NCBI RefSeq assembly: GCF_039654945.1 | Contig: NW_027361700.1 | Coordinates: 17,856,001-17,920,000 of the forward strand | Length of the DNA stretch: 64,000 bases | Reading direction: 5' to 3' | DNA from: Dendrobates tinctorius | Taxonomy: Eukaryota | Part shown: in pieces, positions 25,296 through 38,646 of the stretch | Layout: every line of letters begins with the position of its first letter | Position numbering within the stretch: the stretch's first letter is position 1 | Made by a program: the position numbers and the translations under genes | Notes under the pieces: generated by a model | What the model was told of the DNA's origin: nothing | The model's input: the letters and a program-made list of their open reading frames with translations, nothing else | Databases searched by the model: none

Positions 25296-26906
25296 CAGTG
25301 GGGAAAAAAAGTATTTAGTCAGTCAGCAATAGTGCAAGTTCCACCACTTAAAAAGATGAGAGGCGTCTGTAATTTACATCATAGGTAGACCTCAACTATG
25401 GGAGACAAACTGAGAAAAAAAATACCAGAAAATCACATTGTCTGTTTTTTTTTCATTTTATTTGCATATTATGGTGGAAAATAAGTATTTGGTCAGAAAC
25501 AAAATTTCATCTCAATACTTTGTGATATATCCTTTGTTGGCAATGACAGAGGTCAAACGTTTTCTGTAAGTCTTCACAAGGTTGCCACACACTGTTGTTG
25601 GTATGTTGGCCCATTCCTCCATGCAGATCTCCTCTAGAGCAGTGATGTTTTTGGCTTTTCGCTTGGCAACACGGACTTTCAACTCCCTCCAAAGGTTTTC
25701 TATAGGGTTGAGATCTGGAGACTGGCTAGGCCACTCCAGGACCTTGAAATGCTTCTTACGAAGCCACTCCTTCGTTGCCCTGGCGGTGTGCTTTGGATCA
25801 TTGTCATGTTGAAAGACCCAGCCACGTTTCATCTTCAGTGCCCGCCCTTGCTGATGGAAGGAGGTTTGCACTCAAAATCTCACGATACATGGCCCCATTC
25901 ATTCTTTCATGTACCCGGATCAGTCGTCCTGGCCCCTTTGCAGAGAAACAGCCCCAAAGCATGATGTTTCCACCACCATGCTTTACAGTAGGTATGGTGT
26001 TTGATGGATGCAACTCAGTATTCTTTTTCCTCCAAACACGACAAGTTGTGTTTCTACCAAACAGTTCCAGTTTGGTTTCATCAGACCATAGGACATTCTC
26101 CCAAAACTCCTCTGGATCATCCAAATGCTCTCTAGCAAACTTCAGATGGGCCCGGACATGGACAGGCTTAAGCAGTGGGACACGTCTGGCACTGCAGGAT
26201 CTGAGTCCATGGTGGCGTAGTGTGTTACTTATGGTAGGCCTTGTTACATTGGTCCCAGCTCTCTGCAGTTCATTCACTAGGTCCCCCCGTGTGGTTCTGG
26301 GATTTTTGCTCACCGTTCTTGTGATCATTCTGACCCCACAGGGTGGGATTTTGCGTGGAGCACCAGATCGAGGGAGATTATCAGTGGTCTTGTATGTCTT
26401 CCATTTTCTAATTATTGCTCCCACAGTTGATTTCTTCACTCCAAGCTGGTTGGCTATTGCAGATTCAGTCTTCCCAGCCTGGTGCAGGGCTACAATTTTG
26501 TTTCTGGTGTCCTTTGACAGCTCTTTGGTCTTCACCATAGTGGAGTTTGGAGTCAGACTGTTTGAGGGTGTGCACAGGTGTCTTTTTATACTGATAACAA
26601 GTTTAAACAGGTGCCATTACTACAGGTAATGAGTGGAGGAAAGAGGAGACTCTTAAAGAAGAAGTTACAGGTCTGTGAGAGCCAGAAATCTTGATTGCTT
26701 GTTTCTGACCAAATACTTATTTTCCACCATAATATGCAAATAAAATGAAAAAAAAAACAGACAATGTGATTTTCTGGATTTTTTTTTCTCAGTTTGTCTC
26801 CCATAGTTGAGGTCTACCTATGATGTAAATTACAGACGCCTCTCATCTTTTTAAGTGGTGGAACTTGCACTATTGCTGACTGACTAAATACTTTTTTGCC
26901 CCACTG
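25296..26906 (-). mobile_element. Full-length Tc1 (DD34E) transposon with long TIRs, nested in the DIRS leader; one frameshift
   Basis: TA TSD; CAGTGGGG..CCCCACTG termini with ~210-bp TIRs; transposase 26538-25512 (WSDE, QHDND, NPIE; 34 residues between D and E) broken by a 4-bp GCCC duplication at ~25840-25847. Confidence 0.95.
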
Positions 26907-28268
26907 TAGATATGGGTCTAATGAAAGACCCGTGTCCATCTCCTACTGACACTAAGTTAAACTGAGGAAATTAGTGCCGGTCGGTGGGGTGTATACTGCG
27001 GAGGAGGAGCTAACCTTTTTTTGTGCATAGTGTCAGCCTCCTAGTGGCAGCAGCATACACCCATGGTTTCTGTGTCCCCCAATGAAGCAATAGAGAAATA
27101 TGGTATAATAACTTTGAGTTGCAACAAAATGTTGTGACTTTTGGCATCTTCACGACAGTTTCTCTCAGCTCTGATGAAATGGACAGAGGTGCAGTATGAC
27201 GCCACTTGTCAAACACTCCAGATTCATGAGGAGAACGTATGACTCTACCACACCCCATCATCAAAACTGGTGAGAAAATCACAGGTCTTGATGAATCGGG
27301 GCCAAGGACACATATCCTGGACCTGCGTCGCTCTAGCAATGTTTGTGGCATGTATCTCGGCCATTATGTAATATTATTATCAGCGGATGTAGATTGGCTG
27401 CAGCCTTCACACTTCTGTCAGGCGTAACTGTGAATGTTGCAGCCCATTAATGGTCGCTGATAGCAAGCAAAGTTCATTATCCTTCTGAAATAAACATGCC
27501 CACCTATAGAAAGCCTGTCATTACATACCTGGTATATAGTATGTATAAGTATAGTATTATATTGAATGGTAACATGATTTTTTAAATGTCATTGTCTGAA
27601 ATGTCCTCTGCATCATAAAGAAAAAAAGTAGAATTATAAAATAGTGCACCATACTTGCAAACAGTCATGACGGCAATCCCGTCTCTCAGGGGTCCTGCAG
27701 TCCCACCTGGATTGATTGATGCCCCTCTGGTGAGAGTATGTCATTACAAGTCAGCTGTAGCCACATCTGACACATGTCCAGTGCACAGATAAAGCCAAGG
27801 CACTATATATGCACGTGCCAGACCAGAGGCAACCATAACATTGGTGCAACCTATGCAGTCTTACAAGGTCCCAGACTGCATTATGATGATGATATTGGAC
27901 TGCAAAGGTCCCACATTATGTTCTTGTAAAAAGGGGCCCTCTGCTGTCTGTGTCCACTCCTGCACCCAATGCTGCTGAAGCTGGCGTGTAATGATGCATC
28001 CTGGCCTGGATGTATATCAAGTCAGGTGGGGAATGGGACTTCACGACTCCTCGAAGACAGAGACTGCCCACATAACTATTGACAGGGAGTTTGAACTACT
28101 TTTTTTTCTTTACGCTAGAAAGGAAATTTTAGAAAACATTTTATCTAGCTTTTGAAATCTTCAGACACACTAAAAGAAGGTTGTCCAAGATAACACATTT
28201 CAGCAGGAGCAACTGACCATCTATTGTGTATGTAGATGTTCTGGCTCTCACCTAACAGCAGATGTTTA

Positions 28269-28966
28269 GGCTTTGTACCCACGTTGCATCTTTTATGCGT
28301 TTCCACCGTGTTTTTGCCGCTGCGGAAACGCTTAAAAACGCATTCCCATGCAATCCTATGGGATCCCGCACTTGCTGTGCCAATGCTGCGGATTTTTCCA
28401 CTGCGGAATCGCATAGCGGTAAAATCCGCAGCATGTCCATTATTTCTGCGGAATCGCGGCGATTACGCCGCCATAGGATTGCATTGAAACGCTCACTTTA
28501 CGCATGTGGCTATGCCCTCCATGCGTGAAGTGAGCACTTCATGTGCAGAGGTCATTCGCGCAATGCATCCCTGGGAACGGAAGTTGCCACCAGCGCCAAT
28601 GAGGACCCGGACGACTCCTTGGGCCGACTAGAGGGTAAGTATATACCTATTTTTTATTTTTTTTATTATTTTAAACATTCTATCTTTTACTATTGATGCT
28701 GCATAGGCAGCATCAATAGTAAAATGTTGGTCACACTTGTCAAGCACTATGCTTGACAAGTGTGACCAACCAGTCGATCACTATTCCAAGCGATGCTTCA
28801 AATCGCTTGGAAAATCGCTAGCATTCTGCAAACTAAAAACGCTTACAAAACGCTTGCGTTTTGCGGGAAAATGCATGCAAATTTCGCATGCGTTTTACCG
28901 GCGGCGGGGAGTTGCGGAAATGCTGCAGACAATTCTGCAGCATTTCTGCAACGTGGGCACATAGCC
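28269..28966. mobile_element. Harbinger-like MITE (same family as 16262-17150)
   Basis: GGCTTTGTACCCACG / CGTGGGCACATAGCC termini, TTA/TAA flanks, shared internal sequence. Confidence 0.8.
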
Positions 28967-29291
28967 TAAGGGGGTAAACAAACTGGGCATTGGATTTCAA
29001 CATGTACAATCTTGTTCTTACTGGGAAGAGGGGAGTAGCCACCAGAGGTACCTGACATTGTCTTTTTTTCCTCACCCGATAAACAATAAATTTGTTTGAA
29101 TGGGGAGGTCAGAAGGAATAGCTCCTGGGCAAACGAGCCATCAGCAGTATGCACCATGCACTAAACACCCTTCGCGAGCCTATGGCTATTTTCTTATAGC
29201 CCTAGAGCTGGAGATACCTTTTGGATGCCCTACTGATCTATCTCATCAACTCTGGAAAGTTGTGACCCTACTTTTTCAGAGCCCCCTCCTA

Positions 29292-29447
<156 letters not shown>

Positions 29448-29994
29448 TCAATTTTATCTCTAGGATATGCTATTACTTTATGATCAGTGTGGCTGACCTC
29501 TGGGACCCCCAATGATCATAAAGCTGAAGATGCCACATTGCTGATTTAGCATTGCATCCATTTCTAAGTTTTCCCTGCACAGCCAGAGCCTGACTCCTTG
29601 CAGGAATACCTAAGTGGAGACGCAGTGCTTTCCGTTGGATGGTGCTGTGATGCATTTTCCTGCATATGAGATGGTGGAGATACTGCAGTGTTGGAAAAAC
29701 ACTAAGGACAAGTTCACAACAGCGCATAAAAATTAGTCTATTTTTCATCCAGAAATTTTTTTTAATTTTTTCCTCCATATGGTGAGCCATATATCTCCCT
29801 TGTGTCTGTTTTGCCATCCATTTTCTACATTCACAATTAAAGACATAAAGGCCCAATATTTTTTTTTTTTTTATGTACGATAATCATGGCAAGGAATCTG
29901 TTACAAAACTATGTCATAAAGATGGTGCCCATATTGCATCAGGTTCTTTTAGCGCATTGAAGTCTACGAGCGAATTTCTTCCAAAAAACTGATC

Positions 29995-30651
29995 AGCGCA
30001 GCCGTCTACCAGGAAATTTTAGAGCACTTCATGCTTCCCTCTGCCAACAAGCTTTTTGGAGATGGAAATTTCATTCTCCAGCAGGACTTGGCACCTGTCC
30101 ACACTGCCAAAAGTACCAATACCTGGTTTACAAACAACAGCATCACTTTGCTTGATTGGCCAGCAAACTCACCTGACCTTAACCCCATAGAGAATCTATA
30201 GGGTATTGTAAAGAGGAAGATGAGAGACACCAGACCCCACAGTGCAGACGAGCTGAAGGCTGCTATCAAAGCAACCTGGGCTTCCATAACACCTCAGCAG
30301 TGCTACAGGCTGATCGCCTCCATGCCACGCCGCATTGATGCAGTAATTGATGCAAAAGGAGCCCCAACCAAGTATTGAGTGCATTTACTGAATATACATT
30401 TCAGTAGGCCAACATTTCAGATTTTAAAATCATTTTTCAGTCTGGTGTTATAAAGTATTCTAATTTACTGAGATAATGACTTTTGGATTTTCATTGGCTG
30501 TAAGCCATAATCAGCAACATTAACAGAAATAAACACTTGAAATAGATCTCTGTTTGTAATGAATCTATATAGCATGAGTTTCACTTTTTGCATTGAAGAA
30601 CTGAAATAAATTAACTTTTTGATGATATTCCAATTTTGTGAGATGCACCTG
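29995..30651 (+). mobile_element. 3' fragment of a second Tc1-family element
   Basis: [44 protein letters not shown]; ends GCACCTG|TA. Confidence 0.88.
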
Positions 30652-31687
30652 TATATAAAATGACGATGATGAGGTCACAGGAGTTCATGCAGTCAGTGAG
30701 CACAGACTCAGTGATGTCACCGCTCGTCACTGAGCCTGTGCGCGCTGCTTCCCATTCATTCCCTAGTTGTTTACAGCCTGAGCGGTTGCATTAGAACAGC
30801 TCCAGTTGTAAACTGATGATCCCCAGACATGGATTGCGCCGTGGGAATGACTGTACGTCGGACAGGTATTGTATATTGGGCCTTTTTATTTTTATTACAG
30901 GAGATCGAGGGATTCGAGGTGGAATTAGCAGTGTAATAAAGATGGAAAAAATGTGTGGTGTATTATTATATTAAAAGACTTTATTCTTACTGTGTGTGTT
31001 TATTTAACCCTTTTCTAACTATAGGATTAGTAATGGATAGGTGTCTTATTGATACCTTTCCATTACTAAGCCGGGCTTAATGTCTTTACCATAGGAAGGT
31101 TACATTAACTCCTTATTACCCCACTTGCCACCGCTACAGGGCAAGTGGGAAGAACCCGACAAAGCTCCAGAATAGGCGTATCTAATAGATGCGCCTTTTC
31201 TGGGCAGCTGCGGGATGCTGTTTTTAGGCTGGAAGGGGCCATATTCATGGCCCCTTACCAGCCTGAGAATAGCAGCCCGCACCTGTTAGTTTTGCCGGGT
31301 TGGTTCAAGATATAAGGGGGACCCCACGTCGTTTTTTTCATTCATTCTTCCCTGCTCGCGCTGTTGCCAACAGAGCAGGGAGAATGGCAGTCACGTTCAG
31401 CACCACATGCAGAGGAACAGCGCTTACTGTAGTGCTACTTCCCCTGCGGCTGTCCGTGTGGTACTGATGCGGCACACGGGCGACACACGGGCGCCAACCG
31501 TACAACACACACGGACACGGATATCTCCGGTACCGTGTTTTCCGGTACCAGAAATATCTGGACGAAACAGCCCTAACTTGTATTTTACATAGGTATTACA
31601 TGTATGTAAACCCTCTTCACAAGTACCCAACCCTGGAATTAATGGTGGTTTGACGACCGCTGCTATGCCTTTTTACAGAGGTCACTA

Positions 31688-31948
31688 ATGAGTTTTATTA
31701 CCAAGCTACAACTTGTGTATTTTGGACACATCATGCGAATAGGGCAATCAGTGGAGAAGGACATCATGGTTGGAAGAATGGAAAGAAAAAGACTAAGAGG
31801 AAGACCAGCCAGCAGATGGCTTGATACAATCAAGACTAAGGTGGCGAAGACCCCGGTGGACCTATCTAGGCTTGCAAAAGATACATTTTCCTATAGAGTG
31901 CTCATTCATCAAGTCGCCATAGCTCGAGAACGAACCGAAGGCCATTAA
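31688..31948 (+). mobile_element. RTE-clade LINE 3' fragment
   Basis: YFGHIMR...EKDIMVGRMERKRLRGRPASRWLDTI is the typical RTE C-terminal motif. Confidence 0.75.
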
Positions 31949-31998
31949 ACAATATTAATCGTTATTCAGCAATGCCTTTTTAACAGAATATTTAAGTA

Positions 31999-32858
31999 CC
32001 GTATTTTACGGATTATAAGACGCATTTTTTCCCCAAAAATTTTGGGGGAAAATGGGGGTGCATCTTATAATGCGGATATACCTTACCGGCCGCTGTGGAG
32101 CAGGGTCCCAGGGTCGCAGCTGGAGGAGGAAAGAGTGGCACTTTGCTGCAGGCTGGGATGAAGGGGGTGTTCCGATGTGCGCCGCTGCGGTAAAAATGGC
32201 TGCGGTGCTCTGTGGTGCGGGGAGGCTCCGCCGGCATTTTGTGAAAGCCCAGAGGCCCCCGCATATCCATTACTGCGATGCGGTGGCCTCCTGGAAAATG
32301 GCCACCAGGGGCGGTGCATGGTCAGATTGAGAACGCGGCAACAAGATCTCGTCCCAAGATCTCGGGAGATGAGATCTTAATCTGAGCATGCGCCGCCCCC
32401 GGTGGCCATTTTCCCGGAGGCCACCGCATCGCAGTAATGGATGTGCGGGGGGGGCTCTGGGTATATGGCCGCCGGAGGCGGCGCATGCATTGAGATCCCA
32501 GCAATGTCATCTCGGGTGCCACATCGCAGTAATGGATATGCGGGAGGCTCTGGGCTTTCACAAAATGCCGGCAGAGCCACCCACACCACAATGCACCGCA
32601 GGCATTTTCACCTGCAGCAGCGCACATCGGAACACCCATTCATCCCAGCCTGCGGCCTGTAGCAACGCTCCACTCTTGCCTCCTCCAGCAGCGACCCTGG
32701 GACTCTGCTTCACCGCAGCCACCACCCCCCGGTAAGCAATAAGACGCATGGATTATAAGGGGCACCACCATTTTATTTAAAAAAAAAAAAAGGGGGGGGG
32801 GTTCCTATTTTTTTTTTCCTCAAAATTTGGGGTGTGTCTTATAATCAGCAAAATACGG
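31999..32858. mobile_element. Tc2/pogo-like palindromic MITE (fragment also ~36636-36715)
   Basis: TA|CCGTATTTT ... AAAATACGG|TA; ~240-bp diverged GC-rich internal inverted arms with an internal duplication. Confidence 0.78.
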
Positions 32859-34408
32859 TAAATAGCATCCCCTGCTAGATAAAAATACAAAAAGGGTGTA
32901 AGCTGTATATTAAAGCTAATACCATGATGTATCTGACACTATCGGCTTTAGAACTGATTGTGGTCGATAAATTCTCTACATGCCTCTGTCTATTGTGACC
33001 GCAGAATGCAGATGGTCAACAAAGGGACAGGGCTCCGGTTTTAACAATATCGTCACCCCACAATCGCATGTCATTTTAGTTGGCATGGCAGCTGGAGGTC
33101 AAGCCATGACTTTGGAGTATGGTGCCCTGTTGAGCCCTACCTTAACCATGGTCTAACTGACCTAGCTAAAAAGACAGTACACCGCGCAGATACTATACTA
33201 GACAGAGTCTAAGTGACTCCTTCTGTCGCATTAGGGTTACGTTTCATTATAGAGAAGGGCTCCATCAAGGGGTTTATCTGAATCACATTTTTGGGGGGAT
33301 TTAGACAGAAACCTCAATGTAAGTGCTCAGTGTAGAGCACAGGATAAATGTGATCCAAGCTTTAAAACTCATCAAGAAATATTATGTACCATAAAACGCT
33401 ACCAATAAAAATGTCAACTCATCCTGCAGAAAACATCCGTGCCAAAATATTTGTTTTCGACAAATGTTCCAGTTTCTCCAATTACACATTGTGAAAATGG
33501 CAAATTTTGAGCTAATGCAAAATTTTACATCCAATGTGAAGCACCTATGGGTTTAAAATATTCAACCCACCCCCCCCCCCCCGATTTTTTAAAGAGTATA
33601 GTATCAACTCTTCCATTCTAAGCTAGGCCATGTGCCCCAACAGTAGGTCTTAACCACTTATGGGATATCGGATACTTGGGAGAAATTAACTAAATTTTGG
33701 GGTCCATTCTTCTCTTACACACTGTGAAAAAGAAACATTTGGGGCTAAAACAATATTTTAGTGGAAAAAAATGTAATTCTTCATTTTTTTCATTCCACTT
33801 TGCGTCCTTTTCACCACGAGGGTTATCACATTTCCTGACAGCAGTTTTGAATTATTTGAGGGGTGCAGTTTTTAAACTGTCACTGTTGGGGGGGGGTTCT
33901 ACTATATAGGCCCCTCAAAGTCACATCAAAATGAAATGGGTCATTAAAACAAATGGGGTTTGTAAGTTTCCTTAAAAAAAAAATCATAATAAAAAAAGGG
34001 TGTTAACAAAATGATGTTCTTGCAAAGTAGACAGATGTTATTAAGTAGTTTCTCTGGTCCGGGTACCGGTGTGTAATATGGAGGCTCCCTGACTTTGATG
34101 CAGGCTCGCACGAACGCCAAGCCCACACATGATGGCTGGAGGGGGCCACAGGCTTTGGAGAGGGTCCTGCCAAACGTTAATAAGTGCCAAGGATGAGGGA
34201 CCTCCCCTGAGGATCACAGCTGCCCACAGTCTCCTCACTATAGGGAGGTGGGGTTACACTTTAATGGCAGGGTCTCTGTAATTCCCAGGTGGTCAGAGAC
34301 CATGCTCTGTCATGTGCATTAAGCAGTGTGCTGCTGCTCTCTGGTATCTGCCAGTATAGCTAGCGTCTACAGATCTCTGCACATGAGCAAGAGAGGAGCT
34401 CCATCTTA

Positions 34409-34960
<552 letters not shown>

Positions 34961-37900
34961 TCAGTGTGAGCGTGCGAGTTATCACACAATTGAGCTAAAG
35001 TTACATAATTAGTCCCAAAATCCATCTCTCGGGTGCGGAAATTGCTTCTGATTTTTACCTCTTTCACACTGAATCCTCACCGCCAGATGTTTGGATTTCT
35101 CCATGGTGTAGAGTTAGGTCTTTGTGAATCCACACTAAGGATTTGTGAACTCGGCCTCATATGCAGGCGGATTCCACCTGAAACCAGCAAAGAAATGACC
35201 GTACGCACAGCAACGGAAAAGGCTGTCTTGTCTTTTCAGCTATCTGCACACATTGCAGTTTTTGATGCGTTTCCGCAACGATTTTGGACGCACGGAATTG
35301 CATCAAATCCGCAGTGTAGTACAGTACCAACGACAGTCAATGGGAATTTGAGAATTGTTGTGCACATGTTGCGGAAAAATCCACGCAGATTCGTTGCATT
35401 TTTTTTCCACAGCATGTCAATTCTTTGTGCGGAAACGCAGCGTTTCTGCACCCATTGACTATACATTGAATGTGGCTCCTCTGGCGTCTGAAGGCGTAGT
35501 GTGGACACACCCCAGGAACTTGTTTTACAATCCTAATTCTTGCTTTGGCTTAAAGGGGTTTTGTCACGGGGTTACAGCGACAGAAAGGAGCTAAAAGACT
35601 GCAGCATCTGATTTCTCCAACTTCTGCACCGATTAGAAGCACTTCAAATTCATATTAAAGTGTACATTTCGTTTGGCAGTGAAGGGGTTAATTTGCTCTG
35701 CTGATGTTGCATGGCTAGGATAGTTGGTGGTTATTTGAGTAGGTGTTTGGTTATCTGTGACTGCTGCTTGGTTTTGTGTGATAATTCCCTTTCTTCTACT
35801 TTGGTTTTACCCCATCCTCCACTCCCCCCAGTGCATACCTGTTATACAGGAGTGTATACCTCTGTCCCACCCACCTCTTCAGCTATCCATAATAGACCTA
35901 GCCCTGTCATGGCTGATTAACCCCTATCAGCAAATAATATGCTGGAGCAAAATTTGCAGGTTTATAACACTGAAGCTAATAACCTCAGTGAAACACATCT
36001 CCCCTCCAGCACATTACCAGTGACCCCTTACACGGGTCAGTAACAGTGGGCGCTGGTTCATTTTTTGGCCGTGGGGCGTCTGCGTTGCCGTTCAGTCTCA
36101 TTTGAGGAAGAGGAGGAAAAGTAAAGGATAGTGACATCCTTTCCTTCACTATCAGTGGCGGAGGCAAGGAAGGCTTATGCCTCCTCTGCTGAATACCATG
36201 ATTGGGACGAGTGGGACATATTTTCATTTGAGCAGTGTTTATGTGTACCAAATTGTATTCAGGCATGTGTGAGTGATTGGTGTAAACTTTTTTTATTTAA
36301 AAGATAAAAAATACAATAAAATAAAAATCAATCTCATTAAATGGACATTAGTAAAAAAAAATAAATACTGAACGCCTCCAACTATTTGACACTAACCCTG
36401 ACTATATTCATTTACAATACTGTAGTAGTCTAATCAACTAATCTAAATTATTTTTTGTTTCTTCACACAGAAAAAAACAACCAGATGCCAATCAGTGATG
36501 GGCATCACTGATCAACGCTCAATGGCTGTAGGATGCTATTGTTTTGGGTTTTTTTACCCTTTGCTAGGAGACACTAACCCTGACTAAATTCAGTAAAAAA
36601 TACTGTTGTTGACACTGTCCTATCAACTAATCTCCCATATTTTTCAGATTATAAAACGCACTTTTTTTCCTCCAAATCCGGGAGGAAAATGGGGGTGCGT
36701 TTTATAATCTGAAGTGAGCGTATGGGTGTGTGTGGTGGGGCTGGGTTGCGGCAGGACTGGGGAAATGCTACGGGCCCTGGATTCTCCCAAGACGTGGGCA
36801 CGGGTGAGCAGAGTTCTCTTTCCAGTAGATTTCACTGTAGGCTTCGATAAAATGGCTGCTGCAAGGAACTCTACTGGAAAGGGAACTCTAATCACTGGCG
36901 TGGTGCTGCATTAAAGCTAGGACGTATTCCTATTTTCCAGATCGGTAAGTCTATATGGTCGTATGAATAAGATGGTTGCTCACTTTTAACCACTTGGCTT
37001 CTTTGAAAACCTTGAGATGCTAAAAATACTGACCATATGTGCAGCCAGTAGTTTTTACATAGAAATGCAGCTAACCATTCTTTTTGAGTGTTTATAGTCA
37101 GCGCCTTTTTATCAAGTGGTTTTTGATGCGGAATGTGCCTGAAAAAGATGGTGTGCACACTTACCCTTCTAGGGAATAGATATTAATGAAAATAAATGTG
37201 AGGTGGACTGCCCTGTCTTCCCTAGCAGTGTAAAAACAGACTGATGACAGTGGAAATATTACCTGTTTATTAGTAGCAGTAATTAATAATACAAAGTAGT
37301 TTTCAGTTCCTAACTGGACCCTTCATCAGGCTGTGTACCCACGTTGTTATCTACACCATGGGTCCACTTGGGTGTCTTGACAGCACCAGGGAAAGCTGAA
37401 GCAATCTTTGATCCACTCTGAAAGTGAGCAGCTATCATATTCATTATCTATTTCTGAAGAGCCTATGATTTTCCAGTTACTTCATACCCTTCTTATGTAG
37501 TCACTAGAGTTGGTACAAATCGATATAACAGGACCTGGTCCATCGGCTCCATGAATAATCTGTAACTCCTGCTCAAAAGCCCGGAGAACTGCCGCTTGCC
37601 TCCAGGGATCCGCACCTCTTCTTTTGGGCAGCTGGCTAGTCAGTGACGTAAAATGTGCACCAGGCCAGCTAATCAAAAGAGATGACAAGAGGCAGTTTTT
37701 TGGGCATCTGTCCAGCAGCCAGAATATTGACTTGGCTGATGGATCAGGCTGCTTCACCCCCTTTTGCATCACACAACCTTCTCCACTCAGATCAGTGTTT
37801 AATTCGCCCCCTACTGCAAAATGGACGCCAGTCATGGGCACTGCAGTGGAAAATCTAAACCAAGCCTCCCCTAAATTGCCTGATGTGGGATTGGGAAAAG

Positions 37901-38391
37901 GAGGAGTTTTAGACATAGGCTGGAATCACTGTAGAGTATGGCATCAGATGCGATATGCTACGTACATTCTGCTACAAGCCAGGGCCGGGTGCCATGCTAC
38001 TGTGCTCCAATCCTCTTAATAAGAGAATCGCAGCACAGGTGGAAAGATGATGAAAGGCATTTCTCCATCTCCGCCCTGACTCGGCGAACATCAGACTGCA
38101 CTGGGATGACATCAGAGTGGTCTGTTTCACTTTCACCCTTGGATGCGTGAGCAAAGTCTCACTACCAATTGCAGCATGCTGCTATCATTCTCTCGTTCCG
38201 AATCGGCAAGCGAAATCACATATGTGAGCTGCCCCACAGTATAGCACTGGGCCGAGTGCTATCCAATAGACCATCGAATTACGGTATCACCCAGCCTCTC
38301 CATTGCCCTGCAGCAGTCATCTTAGAAGCATATGGAACGCAATTCCAAGCTGAGAAAAGGAGGAAACCAGAAGGGGCCAGGTAGGAGGACT

Positions 38392-38646
38392 ATAATATTA
38401 ATCTTTATTTTTATATAGCGCTAACATATTCCGCAGCGCTTTACAGTTTGCACACATTTTCATCACTGTCCCCATTGGGGCTCACAATCTAAATTCCCTA
38501 TCAGTATGTCTTTGGAGTGTGGGAGGAAACCGGAGTACCCGGAGGAAACCCACTCAAACACGGGGAGAACATACAAACTCCTTGCAGATGTTGTCCTTGG
38601 TGGGATTCGAACCCACTGTGCTAACCACTGAGCCACCGTGCTGCCC
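38392..38646 (-). mobile_element. V-SINE (tRNA-derived head, V domain, L2-like tail)
   Basis: GGGCAGCACGGTGGCTCAGTGG (A box), GGTTCGAATCC (B box), V core GAGTTTGTATGTTCTCCCCGTG..GGGTTTCCTCCGGGTACTCCGGTTTCCTCCCAC, then an L2-type 3' end. Confidence 0.85.

Larger units (their letters stand above)
19404..27098 (-). mobile_element. Full-length DIRS1-type tyrosine-recombinase retrotransposon (ORFs disrupted) in SPMAP1 intron 2
   Basis: Inverted terminal repeats (~19451-19577 and ~26960-27086), 5' TTT start, internal complementary region 19686-19786. Gag-like ORF from 24228, RT (YLDD ~22120), RNase H (TTDAS, QTDN), Dam-like domain (LFPP..VILIAPDWPRRAWF) and an overlapping YR (R..HSTR..Y) ending at 19829; several frameshifts and stops. 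Confidence 0.95.

Noticed and set aside
25775-26629. 284-aa plus-strand ORF
   Set aside because: It is antisense to the Tc1 transposase and has no independent support.
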